From assembly GCA_963732115.1 (NCBI GenBank), contig CAVSYN010000001.1, positions 9,341 through 73,340 on the forward strand: a stretch of DNA of 64,000 bases, given 5' to 3'. The first letter of the stretch is position 1. Every line of letters begins with the position of its first letter. This document shows, piece after piece, positions 44,505-56,900 of this stretch. A program made the position numbers and the translations under genes. This stretch comes from an uncultured Bacteroidales bacterium. Its GTDB lineage: Bacteria; Bacteroidota; Bacteroidia; Bacteroidales; VadinHA17. The notes under the pieces are model-generated. The model had not been told where the DNA came from. It searched no databases and saw nothing but the letters and a program-made list of their open reading frames with translations.

Positions 44505-44535
44505 TTTGCATAATCGGAATAGTTGATTATTTTTG
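44505..44535 (+). promoter_or_regulatory. Putative Bacteroidota promoter for the tRNA-Pro/GIY-YIG locus
   Basis: TTTG at 44505-44508 and TATTTTTG at 44528-44535, about 45 nt before the first tRNA-like copy. Confidence 0.55.
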
Positions 44536-44578
44536 CAGAGGCTTAATACCGCCTTCACTAAGGCTTAGGCAGTCAGAG

Positions 44579-44676
44579 CGGGGTGTGGCGCAGTTGGTCC
44601 CGTCACGCATGGCGTGACGAGGATCCTCGAAAAATCTGAAAATTAAAGATTTTCGATTTTTCGGGACTAGCGCTTG
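44579..44676 (+). pseudogene. Degenerate tRNA-Pro 5' copy 1, D-loop interrupted by a 69-bp palindromic insertion
   Basis: CGGGGTGTGGCGCAGTTGG (tRNA nt 1-19), then the insertion 44598-44666, then CTAGCGC (nt 20-26). Confidence 0.88.
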
Positions 44677-44688
44677 TGACGACAGATT

Positions 44689-45027
44689 ATGTTCTTTGTT
44701 TATATATTAGAGACTCAGGAGAGTAAAAGATTTTATATTGGACAGACTAATAACCTTGTACAGAGAATAAAAAGACATAATCAAGGTAGAAATCTATCCA
44801 CAAGAGCCTTTATTCCATGGAGTCTTAAATGGTGGAAAGAATATCAAACTAGAACTGAGGCTGTTAGGGTTGAAAAGACTCTTAAAGGGATAAAAAAAAG
44901 AACTGGATTGGAAAAGTTTGTCCGTGAAATTGGTTTTTCGGGGTGTGGTCACGCAAAGCGTGATAAACTCCGTTGGCTAGCGCATCACGCAGGGCGTGAG
45001 AGCCGTCTGTTCGAGATGAAAAAATAG
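44689..45027 (+). CDS. Small GIY-YIG endonuclease (YhbQ/UPF0213, SLX1-like)
   Basis: FVYIL...FYIGQT, conserved R in QRIKRHN, ST..FIPW, catalytic E in EAVRVEKTLK. Confidence 0.92.
   Translation: MFFVYILETQESKRFYIGQTNNLVQRIKRHNQGRNLSTRAFIPWSLKWWKEYQTRTEAVRVEKTLKGIKKRTGLEKFVREIGFSGCGHAKRDKLRWLAHHAGRESRLFEMKK
44939..45015 (+). pseudogene. Degenerate tRNA-Pro copy 2 with two palindrome substitutions
   Basis: CGGGGTGTGG-[TCACGCAAAGCGTGA]-TAAACTCC-GTTGGCTAGCGCA-[TCACGCAGGGCGTGA]-GAGCC-GTCTGTTCGAG, compared with the intact tRNA at 45040. Confidence 0.88.
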
Positions 45028-45039
45028 CCAGGAATTATT

Positions 45040-45113
45040 CGGGGTGTGGCGCAGTTGGCTAGCGCACTTGCATGGGGTGCAAGGGGTCGTCTGTTCGAGT
45101 CAGATCACCCCGA
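45040..45113 (+). tRNA. tRNA-Pro (GGG)
   Basis: Full cloverleaf: acceptor CGGGGTG/CACCCCG, D stem GCGC/GCGC, anticodon arm CTTGC-ATGGGGT-GCAAG, T arm GTCTG-TTCGAGT-CAGAT. Confidence 0.97.
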
Positions 45114-45127
45114 CAGTTTTAAAAATT

Positions 45128-45162
45128 AGACCTTGTAACTCAAATATTTACAAGGTCTTTTT
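45128..45162 (+). terminator. Terminator hairpin after tRNA-Pro
   Basis: AGACCTTGTAA-CTCAAATAT-TTACAAGGTCT-TTTTT. Confidence 0.75.
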
Positions 45163-45490
45163 TATTGGTGGTATAAAATTCAGTAGAAAAATAACTGCGT
45201 ATATTCCAGATAAAAATATAATATATGGGTTCCAGACCCACCTTTTTTGGCTAAAATCATATTTAACCCATCCTGTTTTTGTGATCCTTTTAAGTCCTTT
45301 TCAGGGAAATAAATTAACAGACCAAAATGTTTGTCTTTTACTTTGTCCTGATATATTGACTGATATTTATTAAAATTTTTTATCATGAAATTATAAAGCA
45401 ACATGAATTTCGTAAACATATTTTTCCAAGAATTTAACACTTTATTCAGGGCTGTAAGAAGGACAGGGATGTACAAAACTAAAAAAGAAA

Positions 45491-48400
45491 TTAAGGGTTT
45501 GAGCTAAATTCAATTAATTTCAGTGAATCATTATTGATCGCGAACAGAAATGCATCTTTTCCTGAAGCCAATTTAATCTTCCTGATAGCTTTCACCTCAC
45601 CTTTAATAAGAAGTGTGCTTTCTGCCGGTGGAACAACCTTTATTTCACCTTTGGCATCTGAAACCAATACCAGCCCTATACTTGCATCGTTCCTGGGTGT
45701 CTCTACTTCCGAACCATATAAATTGCCGGCAACAATAAAAGCAGTACTATTATCTTTATATTTTATCTCAACCATATCATTGATGGAAGAAAATTGCGCC
45801 CAATTTGGGAGTTTATGCATTGTGAATTCCCCCTTCCCTTTATTTTCAATCCAATAATTAGCAAAAGTATTTGCCTTGTAATGCAAAGAAGCCTTCAACA
45901 TTTGTTCACCATATATCTCTTGCAGTGTTGCACTTGCAAATTCTTCATAACCTTTGTATCTGAGTTTCATGACCGGAATCTGCCTTACAGTAGCATCAAA
46001 ACCATTGACCGGATAGTTTTTCCCATTCTCCCCATAACTAAGCACGATATCTAATTTGCCATCTACATCAAAATCATTGGAGTATATTTCAAATGGTTCT
46101 TTTTCGCTGGTTTTGTACTTATAATTTAATCCAAGATTACCTGCCAGGTAATCGTTATCGCCATCCTTATCAATATCGATGCTGTTAATACTATACCACC
46201 AGCCGACAGTTTCTTTAAATCCTAATTTATCAGAAACATCAATAAATCTATTTGAAGAATTTTCAAAAAAGTGAATTTTCATCCATTCACCCACAATTAT
46301 CAGATCAACATCGCCATCACTGTCAAAGTCATCCCAGATAGCATCTGTGACAAGTCCCAGATTTAATAGTTCCGGGGCTATTTCTTCTGTAACATTTTCA
46401 AATTTCAGATCAGCTCCTTTTTCCCCATTATTTTTCAAAATATAACTGTTTGCAGGGAGCGGGTATTTTCCGGGAACAATACGTCCTCCTACAAATAAAT
46501 CGAGATGGCCATCTTTGTCATAATCAGCTGCTTTTACACATTTCCCGCTTTTATTTAAGTCAGCAGGCAGACAATTTTTACATTTAACAAAACCCTTTTC
46601 AGTATTTAAATACAACCTGTCCTGGTAATACTCCCCTTTTTCCTTGTTATCGTTCCCTCCGCTAACCACATATAAATCCAATCTTCCGTCATTGTCGGCA
46701 TCAAACAGTAAGGCTCCTGTATCTTCATAAAGCGAATCGCTTATCCAGGGTCCTGGTATTTCCTTAAATGTACCTTTTTCTGTTTGCAAATACATAGCTC
46801 CCTTAAAACCTTTGCCATTGCCAACAAAAAAATCTTCAAGTCCATCTCCATTAATGTCCCCGACAGCTAAACCAGGGCCCATCTGTGAATTCTTATACGG
46901 AAGTAACTCTTCATATTCAAAATCATCGTATTTATCTTCGTGATGAACAAATGTTATTCCTGCCTGTTTCGTGATGTCTTTAAAATTTAATTTTTGAATA
47001 GATTTTTCTTCAGCAGCAACTGCATCGGTGTATTTTAATTTTAGTGTCTGGTCAGCTCTGATGTTTTTTAGTACTTGTTGTTTCTTATCGGGCCATATAA
47101 CAGTTAATTCATCAATAGTGTCTTTTTGAGCTAAACCAAAATGAATAGTGGTTGGAACACTCGACTGATAACCCCTTGTAAGTGTCAGTTCCTGTTTTTG
47201 TGTAATATCTCCGGTTTTAACGGTAACGATGCTGCCTATACCAAATGGATTGGTAACCGATCCGGCAAGATCAACTTTCAAATAGTGATAGTTGTCAGGA
47301 ACAACTTTGTTTTCGTAAATACCAGCTACAGCATTTATATTGTTAATTATAACATCTAAATCACCGTCATTATCCAGATCGCTGTAAGCCACTCCATTTG
47401 AAAATCCAGGTTCACCAAAACCCCAGCTATCTGCTTTGTTGGTAAATGTGAAATCGCCGTTGTTTTTGAATACATAATTTTTTACGGGAGTGCTGGGAAA
47501 TAGTTCCGGACGGTATTCCTTTCTAACCTTGAAATAAATATTACTCCTTGAATCCTCCAAAACGTCTCTGTCATTGATATCTTTTAGTACACCGTTGGTT
47601 ACAAAGAGATCCTTATTCCCGTCATTATCCAAATCCATAAAAAGGCCTCCCCAGCTCCAGTCGGTATAAGCAACACCTGCAAACAGTGAAATATTGCTGT
47701 AAACAGGGATATTATTAAAAATGCCGTTGTTTAGCTGCAAAGAGTTTTGCATGTACTGATAATGAAAACCATAATCAAGGCTGAGGTTAAATGTCTCACG
47801 ACTCATAGGACTGACATTCACCATTCTGCGATAATGATCTTCAGGAGTCATATCTATTTGATATAAATCAATGAGTCCGTCATTGTTAATATCGGCAGCA
47901 TCAAGTCCCATTCCGAAAATGGATGTTTGAAATGTAGCCTCTCTCACAATATTTTTAAAAGTTCCGTCTCCATTGTTTAAATAAAAGTAATCGGGAACAT
48001 TGAAATCATTTGATATGTATAAATCTTTCCAGCCATCATTATTAAAATCCATTGCAACCACTCCTATTGACATACCAAAATTTCGTACACCGGCTTCATC
48101 TGTTACATCAGTAAAAGTACCATTACCGTTATTTCTATATAAGTGGCCCGATTCTTCGAATTTATTTTCAATCATTTTATCATGATAAAATTTGGCACCC
48201 ATACTTACCGGTACAATCGGATAATTGGCAACATATAAATCCAAAAGTCCATCATTGTTATAATCAAAAAAAGTAGCCTGAACAGAAGAACTCTTGTCAT
48301 TGATGCCATACTTTGCAGCACATTCTGTAAAAGTATTATCATGGTTATTAATAAAAAGTAAATTGCCTGATAGGTTGATATTTAGCAGAAACACAAACAT

Positions 48401-48780
48401 AAATATCCAGCCAGCCGTCATTATTCACATCGGCCATAGTTGAACCTGTAAACCATTGATGATTACCTGTTATACCTGCTTTTTCAGATATATCTTCAAA
48501 TTTCATATTACCCTTGTTGAGGTAGAGTTTATTTGAAACAAGGTTCCCGGTAAAAAAAATATCATCCAGTCCATCATTATTGATATCACCCACAGAAACG
48601 CCGCCACCCATATACATATATGGAAAAATCGTATAATTCAAGGTGTCGTTTTCTGTCACTTTATTAATGAAATTAATACCTGACCTGGAAGGTGATATTT
48701 TTTTAAAGGTTTCCTTATTAAAGTTTGCTGCATGAAAAAAGCAATACGCATATTAAACACATGCAAAAGCTGATTCTCAT
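45491..48780 (-). CDS. FG-GAP/VCBS repeat, ASPIC/UnbV domain protein (frameshifted)
   Basis: [17 protein letters not shown], repeated DxDNDGxLD motifs, DWSWGG, RGYQSS. Confidence 0.88.
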
Positions 48781-48812
48781 TTTAAGAAATCCTTGTATAA
48801 AGATTAATTTAT

Positions 48813-51800
48813 TCATTCAAACTTAAATATTTGTAGCTTCTCGTTATTATTTCCAACTAAAACAGCTTTGTCTTTATCAGCATTATTCAGGTGAATTAAT
48901 GATAGTGCTTTAACTTCTTTGGGAACAAAAAATCCTGATAGTCTCGAGGGTATAACTTCAAAACTGCCCTTACCATCACCTTTCAGAAACACACCAACTC
49001 CCCCGTCATTTCTTGGTGTAACAATTTCCACATCAAAAAGATTGCCGGCTGCCAAAATATCCAAATTACCATCCTTATCAAAATCATCAATAATCATATC
49101 ATTTATAGAAGATAATTGGGCTTCATTGGGTAATTTATGAATTTTAAACTTACCATTCCCGATATTTTCAAGATAACAGCTGGCAAAGGTCTCAGCCTGA
49201 AGATGCAGAGATTCATTTAATACTTTTTTTGTATAAATATCTGAAACTGTAGCTTCAGCAAAGCTCTTATAAGTAGGGAATTTCAGTGCCAGTCCCGGGA
49301 TTCTGGTCGACAAAACATTTTCTGCTTCTTAACGGAAATTGTTTACTCATCCTGAAAATAGCTCAATACAATATCTGAATTTCCGTTATTGTTAAAATCT
49401 CCAGCATATACATCAAAGGTTTTATCGCTACTTGCTTTATATCTGAAATTTAAACCAAGATTACCTGCTACCAGATCAATATCGCCATCTTTATCAAAAT
49501 CAGCACCTTCAATACTAAACCACCATCCTCTTGTTCCTTCAATAATGGTTTTCTCGAATTTTCCATTATTATTTTTATATATAGCAAACAGGCATCCATT
49601 CACCTGCTACAACCAGATCGGTCCATTGGTCATTATCAATATCAGCACAAAATGCTGAAGTAACCATGCCGGCTTCTAAAAGATCAGGCGCAACACTGTC
49701 TGTAACATCCTCAAATTTTACAATTCCATTTTCAGATTTGTTTTCCAGAATATAGCTTCTGGCAGGAAATGGATATTTGTCGCGGCACCTGTCTTCCTCC
49801 AACAAATAAATCAAGATCCCCATCTTTATCGAAATCTATTGCTTTAACACATGATCCGTTCGACATTATTGCAGGCAATGAATTTGGGCTTTTGGAAAAA
49901 TTACCTTTACCATCATTTATATAAAGACGGTCCGTATATCTTTTTGAGTCTTTAGGGAATTCATATCCTCCGCTTGCAACATATAAATCAAGATCTCCAT
50001 CATTATCAGCATCAAAAAACAAAGTTCCGGTATCTTCAAACAGACTATCGTTCTCCCATGGCCCTTCCTTAATTTTGAAAGTTCCATTTTTATTTTGGAT
50101 AAACAATCTACCCGGACTTTTAGATGCATTTCCTATATAAAAATCTTCAAGTTGATCGTTGTTTACATCACCTACAGTAATATCAGGTCCTGGATTTGAC
50201 ATTTTATGAGGTAATAAAACCTGATCTTTGAAATCATTATATATGTTTTCTTTATGAATAAATTCAAGTCCGATCGTATCATGTTATTTCTTTAAATAAC
50301 TTTTCAGCTATCACTTTTTGCTGAACAACAGATGTTGCATCAGAATGCTTTAAAGTCAGTTTTTGATTTGCTTTGATATTCTTTATGTTTTGAACTTTTC
50401 CATCATTCCATTTTACACAAAGTGAATCTACAATTTCATGGTTAGCCAGGCCAAAGTACAATATGGGTTCAACAGATGATTCATAACCCCTTGATAAGGT
50501 CAGTTCTGCCATTTGCATTTTTCCTTCAGTCCAGATGGTTACAACAGAACCAATTCCCATTTTATTAGCAGGAGTTCCTTCAAATGCAACTTTAAGATAA
50601 TTCCCCAACTTGTTTTCACTTGCATTATTTCTATATATAAATGCCTCCCCGTCAATATTATTAACAATAAGTTCCAGATCGCCGTCATTATCCAGATCAG
50701 CGTAAGCCACACCGTTTGAATAGCTTTTCTCCTTTATTCCCCATTCTTTATTGTACTTGGAAAACGTAAGATCACCATTATTTTTATATATATAATTTAC
50801 AAGTGGTTCGAAGGGCATATTTTTCACCTGTTTTAACATTTCGACATTACTCAAGCCTTTATTAAAATTTGAAGATTCTGATATTTTATTGAAATAATCA
50901 ATATTATTTATATCCCTGCGGATACCAGTTGTTATATATAAATCTTTCCATCCGTCAAGGTCATAATCTGCAAACAAAGCAGCCCAACTCCAGTCTGTTG
51001 AAGTAACACCGGCGATCCAGGCGGCATTGCTAAAAAATGGAAGGCCATTGTCCATAATACCCCTGTTCAGTTGTAAAGTACTATATCTGTACTGATGATG
51101 TAAACCTTCATTCACCATCTCCTCAAAATCCTCCGAATTCATAGTTGACATATTCTCTTTTGCTCTTTTATTATCTTCAGGAGCCATGTCAATTTGCATG
51201 ATGTCGAGTAATCCATCGTTATTATAATCTGCAATATCGGCACCCATACCATAAAAAGAAGTTTGTCCGAGAACTTCGCCAGCTTTGTCAGAAAATGTTC
51301 CGTCACCATTGTTAAAGTAAAAGTAATCGGGGCATGTAAAATCGTTCGAAATATAAATATCCTTATATCCGTCCTGGTTAAAATCGCTCACAGTTGCACT
51401 TAGTGTTAATCCAAATGATAATAAACCGCTCTCTTTGGTAACATTGCGTAAAAGTACCATCACCGTTGTTTCGATATAAATGACCAGAATCAGTCCACTT
51501 TACATTTCTCATCATTTGTTTATAAACATAAGGAGTAGCTTTAAAGTTTGTAATAGGATAATTTGCAACATACAAATCCAGGTCGCCATCGTTATCATAA
51601 TCGAAAAAAGTACTCTGCGTACTCATCCCCGCATCGTTAATACCATATTTCTCAGCCTCCTCCATGAATACAGGAATACCATCTTTATTGATCCCATGGT
51701 TTACAAATAATAAATTTTCGCGATTAGTAGATAATCCGGAAACACTCACATAAATATCAAGCAGTCCATCATTGTTGATGTCACATATGGTTGAACCCAG

Positions 51801-52178
51801 CATCCAGCGATGGTCGCCACCTGTCCCTGAAATTTCAGTAATGTCTTTAAATTCCAGGTTTCCCATATTAAGATACAAGCGGTTGCTGACCATATTGCCG
51901 GTAAAATAGATATCTGTCAGACCATCATTATTAAAGTCTCCAACGGATACCCCACCGCCCATATACATGTAGGAATACAGGAAATAGTTAAAAGTATCGG
52001 TCTCTGTAAGCGTGTTCTGAAAGGTAATGTTTGTTTTTCCTGAAGAGAGTTTCTGGAAAACAGGACCTTCATGGTTTGTTTTCTCATGCTTGCAGGAATA
52101 AAAGATACAAAGTATAATTATAAACAAAACTACAGGGTAAAGCCTTTTACGGTATTCAGGTTTTAAAAGGTTAATCAT
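48813..52178 (-). CDS. FG-GAP/VCBS repeat, ASPIC/UnbV domain lipoprotein (multiple frameshifts)
   Basis: FYSC lipobox, [30 protein letters not shown]; paralog of the gene at 45491. Confidence 0.88.
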
Positions 52179-52226
52179 AAGGGCTAAATTGGTAAGAATG
52201 AAGGATAAATGTACTTCAAATAACTC

Positions 52227-52263
52227 AAAAAAGAAATGGTCCTGTTTTGCAGGACCATTTCTT
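52227..52263 (-). terminator. Intrinsic terminator after susD
   Basis: AAGAAATGGTCCTG-TTTTG-CAGGACCATTTCTT with an A-run at 52227. Confidence 0.8.
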
Positions 52264-52285
52264 AAATCATAATAGTTTCAATCAA

Positions 52286-53915
52286 TTAATAACCTGGATT
52301 CTGATCTGTCTGTTCAATGTTTGGGTTAACATCAATTTCCTTCTGAGGAATAGGCCAGAGAAGATTTTTGGGTGCACTGAAAACCAAAGCAGCCTGGTCG
52401 GCTTTAGGACAACTGGGTTTAACTTCGGCAATAAAAGCAGCAAGTCTGTCCCATCTTACAAGGTCGGGGAAACGGACATTGTTCACCGCATAATTCAACC
52501 TTGCGTTCATGTTCCAAAGCTTTCATAAATCCAGCCAATGTACCCACAGGATAAATAGCATTCATAGCAGCTGTACCATATAATGGCATATTCACATCGG
52601 CCCTTGCCCTTACCTCGTTCATATAGCCTACAGCTGTAGTGAGGCTTCCACCTGATTTGTTGGCTTCTGCTTCTGCCTTCATTAATATTACGTCGGCATA
52701 CCTGATCACCTTCATGTTGATTCCTGATTCATTTCCTGCAACAGCTCCTTCAGTGGCAGCTTTATAGTAGTTCTGGTATTTTCTCCAACCTCTTCTTTGA
52801 TAATGATCAATCATGACACCAGCTTGAATTTTTTATGATCGCAGAATCAATTTTCATGGTCAGGGTATTGTTGTTATACAAATCGCCATTCTGGTAGATG
52901 CAGTAACCGCGTCTTGGATCGGTTTTTACACCATTGTCAGCAGCAGTTTCGAATTCATCCCAAAGATCCTGTGAAGGGAATACGTTGAACCAGTTTAAGA
53001 CAACCATATTCCTGGCCTCTGAAACAAGCTTCATTCAAACCTTCGTCTGTTCTGTCGGAATTCCATTGACTGGAATAACCAGCTGCGATGTTCCACTGGA
53101 CTTCGAAGAGGGATTCCGGACCATTTTCGGTTTCTTCCATAAAGTTGTTAAAATAAACAGGTTCCAGAGAGTAACCGGTAATATGATTAAAAGCATCAAG
53201 AGCCCCCTGATAATTTTTCTGGAATAAACGTGCTTTGCCTAACAGAGCCCAGGCAGCGCCTGAAGTAGCCCTTCCAGCTTGTTCATCAGCTTTGGAAAAA
53301 CATTTGGCTGCTGCATCATATACAGTCGGCTTCTATTTGTGCCCAAATCTGTGCTTTAGGAGTTCTGGGAAGACCTTCATTCTCTGCAGGATCAACTCCG
53401 AGATACAGGGGAACATCACCAAATTTATCAACCAGGAAGAAGTAATATAAAGCCCGCAGGAATTTTGCCTCACCAATATACTTGTTTCTCATGACATCGG
53501 ACAATAAACCAGTGGGGATATTTTTCTTAATTACTTCCTCATTGTTGATAACAAAATTGGCTTTATTAATGCCTCTGTAGCAACTATTCCAGTAAGCTTC
53601 AATCAAACCATGTGTTGCATCGAATGTGAAATTCAGCCACTGGCGTTTATCAGCTTCCTGCTGTGGCATACATGTATTTTCATGACTCATATTGTCATTA
53701 CCATACCACATATGACGGTTGTAAATACTGGTTGTTTGCAAACTTCCGTAAACAGCATTTACAGCTGACTGCACCTGAGCCGCAGTTGTAAAATAAGTGT
53801 CAGGTGAAAGTTGGTTAGGATTCGTAAGTTCTAACTTATCCGCATTACACGAAAAGAGTAGAACCATTGCACTGAAAACTAGTGCCCGCATGAAATATGT
53901 TTTAAGTCTTTTCAT
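52286..53915 (-). CDS. SusD/RagB family lipoprotein (multiple frameshifts)
   Basis: LFSC lipobox, GEAKFLRALYYF..V..FGDVP, IRYADVILMKAEA, HERKVELCGE, LWPIPQKEIDVNPN. Confidence 0.9.
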
Positions 53916-53936
53916 AATATAATTCTGTTTTAAAGT

Positions 53937-56900
53937 TTAGAAGGTAACTTGAATACCAGCAATAACTGATTTTGGTATAGGATAATTACCTACATCAATT
54001 CCATTGGCATAGTTTTGAGATGTTGTTTGAGGAGCACCAATTTGTCCCAATGAGGTTCCACTGGAAGTGTATCTGCCAACCTCAGGATCTAAACCAGAGT
54101 ATTTAGTTATGCAAATCATGTTTTGTGCACTTACATAAATTCTAAGTTTAGTGAGTTTGTCCTTCAAAAGATTTTCAGGTATTGTGTACCCCAGCGTTAT
54201 GTTTTTCAATTTGGTATAGGCACCGTCTTCGACGAAACGACTGGATGCCTGGACATTGGAAGCAACTGTACCGGCTCTTGGGATGGTGTTTGAAGGATTG
54301 GTTGGAGTCCATCTGTCTAACACCTTAACATCGGAATTAAATAACCTGTCCATACCTACCAGATCAAAAAGGTTGGTATTGTAAAGTTTATTACCGTATA
54401 CTCCGCTTATAAACAAGTTCAGATCAAAGCCTTTGTATGAAGCATTGAGGTCCAAACCAAGAGTCATCTTGGGGAACGGGTTTCCTATATTGGTTCTGTC
54501 GGTTGCAGTCAATTTTGCCATCACCATTGGTATCTTTAATACGGAAATCTCCTGCAGTTGCAGAATTGAGTGCGTGTTCCGTACCGCCCATATAGGTTGC
54601 AGCTTCTTCAGCTGACTGGAAGATACCGTCGAACTCCCATCCGTAGAAGAAGAAAGCAGGTTGTCCAACCTGACATCTGTTAAGGTCTTCACCTTCAAAA
54701 GTAAATCCGGAAATATAAGTAGCACCACCCAGGGATTTAACTTCATTTTTGAAAGTACCAAGATTTAAATTGGCTGACCATTGAAAATCGCCTTCAAAAT
54801 CGTTGTATCCTAACTGCAATTCAAAACCTTTTGTATCCATAGAGCCTGCATTCTTGCTGATTGTACCCCTGAAGTCACCTGTAGACAGTGGCAGAGGTAC
54901 TTGCATCAGAAGATCACTACTCGAGTTCATATAATATTCAGCAGACAACGTAAATTTGTTTTTAAACAAGCCCAAATCCAATCCAATGTTGGTCATGGTT
55001 GTTTCCTCCCATTTTAAATCGGGATTTGAGGCACCTCCCGGGGTTGTTCCAACAACAGCTACATTATTAATAACATAATACATGTTTGAGGTTAGGGATG
55101 AAGAATAGGCATAATCTGAAATCTTGTCATTACCGGCTTTACCCCAGCTTCCTCTGAGTTTTAAGTTGCTGATAGAAGCAACATCGCTTAAGAAAGCTTC
55201 TTTGGCAATATTCCAACCCAAAGATAATGAAGGGAAAGTACCCCATCTCTTGTTTTTACCAAACCTTGACGAAGCATCTTTTCTTATTGAAGCCGAGAAT
55301 AAGTACTTCCCATCATAGTTATAGTTTAATCTTCCAAGGTAACTGATTCTGTAATAATCAATTGATCCTGAGCTTAATGAAGCGTCGGTGTTACTCAATT
55401 CTTCAACCTGGTTAGTAATATTATTGTGTGAACTGGCATTCTCAACAGTTGAGTGAACAGCGCTGTATTCAGTCAATGCCAACAACTCAAAATTATGTTT
55501 TTCAGCAAGTGTTAAGTCATAAGTTAAGTTGTTGGTAAACAGGAATGAATTATAGGTTGCCTGGTTTTTAATAATATTTGCAAAAGTTGATTGGTGAGTA
55601 TTGCCACCCAGGTTATCATCATTGAATGAAGGGTAGAATTGGTTGTCAAGTACTCTCTCATCCTGGAGACCAAGATTAGTTCTGAATTTCAGGCCTTTAA
55701 TAAGTTCCAGTTCACCATAGATATTACCAAGAATGTCCAGTGTGTTCTGTTTGCGACTGTTCAGCTCCATGATTCTGACGGGGTTTTCAGCATCCTGTCC
55801 GTCAATGGCGCTGGTCGGACCCTGGAATCCGCCTAGATTGTCTGGATTGTACACCGGCAGGTAAGGGGCCATTTTAATGGCATGCTCCAACAGAGAACGT
55901 CCGCCATTATCAGCCAAAGGATCCTGCAAGGAGTATGATAAGCTGAGGTTCTCACCAATTTTCAGCCTGCCCTTTTTAAAATCACTATTGGCTCTGAAGT
56001 TGTATCTTTCAAGACCAGTTTTGATAACAATACCTCGTTGATTCAAATAACCGGCTGACAATCTGAAAGTGCTGTTATCATTACCACCGGAAAGGGAAAG
56101 GTCATAGTTTTGCATAGGACCATTCTGGTATATCTCATCCTGCCAATCGGTTTCAGCGGCAGTAGTACGGGCAGCATATATAGGATTTGAATAAACTGCA
56201 GGTGTTGTAAATGCTCCACCTGTAGCATATTCTTTATATTGGGCACTGTTCATCAAATCATATCTTGCAGTGGAATATTGAACTCCGTAATAGCCTTCCA
56301 AATTAACCACAACATTACCGGCTTTACCTTTCTTGGTAGTAACCATAATAACACCATTTGATCCCAGTGAACCATATATAGCAGCTGTGGAAGCGTCTTT
56401 TAATACTTCAATGGATTCAATGTCTGAAGGACTGATGTTACTAATAGTGGTTGAAACAACACCGTCAACAACAAACAAAGGATTGGCATCGTTAACAGTA
56501 CTTATACCTCTAACCCTGATTGTAGATGCAAAACCCGGAGCACCATTGCTGATAACCGTCAAACCTGCTGCACGTCCCTGCAAAGCCTGGTCAAGACCTG
56601 CAGAAGGCAGAGCAGTAAGTTTATCAGATGTAACTGATGAAATAGCACCGGTTACTTCGAGCCCTTTTCTGGGTACCATAACCAACAACCACAACTTCAT
56701 TAAGAGGTGTAGATTCAATCTGAAGAGTTACATTGATAACAGAACTGGTCCCAATTGGAATTTCCTGGTCAGTGTACCCAATGAAGCTGATAACAAGGGT
56801 ATTTCCAGTCGAGGGAACAGTAATAGTATACTTACCAAGGCCGTCTGTTATTGCCCCTATTTGTGTTCCTTTCACAACAACATTTGCACCAGGAACCGGT

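Noticed and set aside
44598-44666. tRNA intron or split functional tRNA
   Set aside because: Copy 1 lacks the anticodon, T and 3' acceptor parts, so removing the insertion does not give a tRNA. No group I or group II intron core is present.
44579-45113. CRISPR array of CGGGGTGTGG repeats
   Set aside because: The repeats are tRNA 5' ends, the spacing is irregular (360 and 101 nt) and there are no cas genes.
45044-45476. ORFs 45044-45373 (+) and 45180-45476 (-)
   Set aside because: The first is a translation of the tRNA and its terminator. The second is AT-rich with no recognisable motif, and neither shows an integrase or transposase signature.
45491-52178. Recent tandem duplication or diversity-generating repeat between the two FG-GAP genes
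   Set aside because: The paralogs share protein motifs but are diverged at the nucleotide level. No near-identical template/variable repeat or reverse transcriptase is visible.
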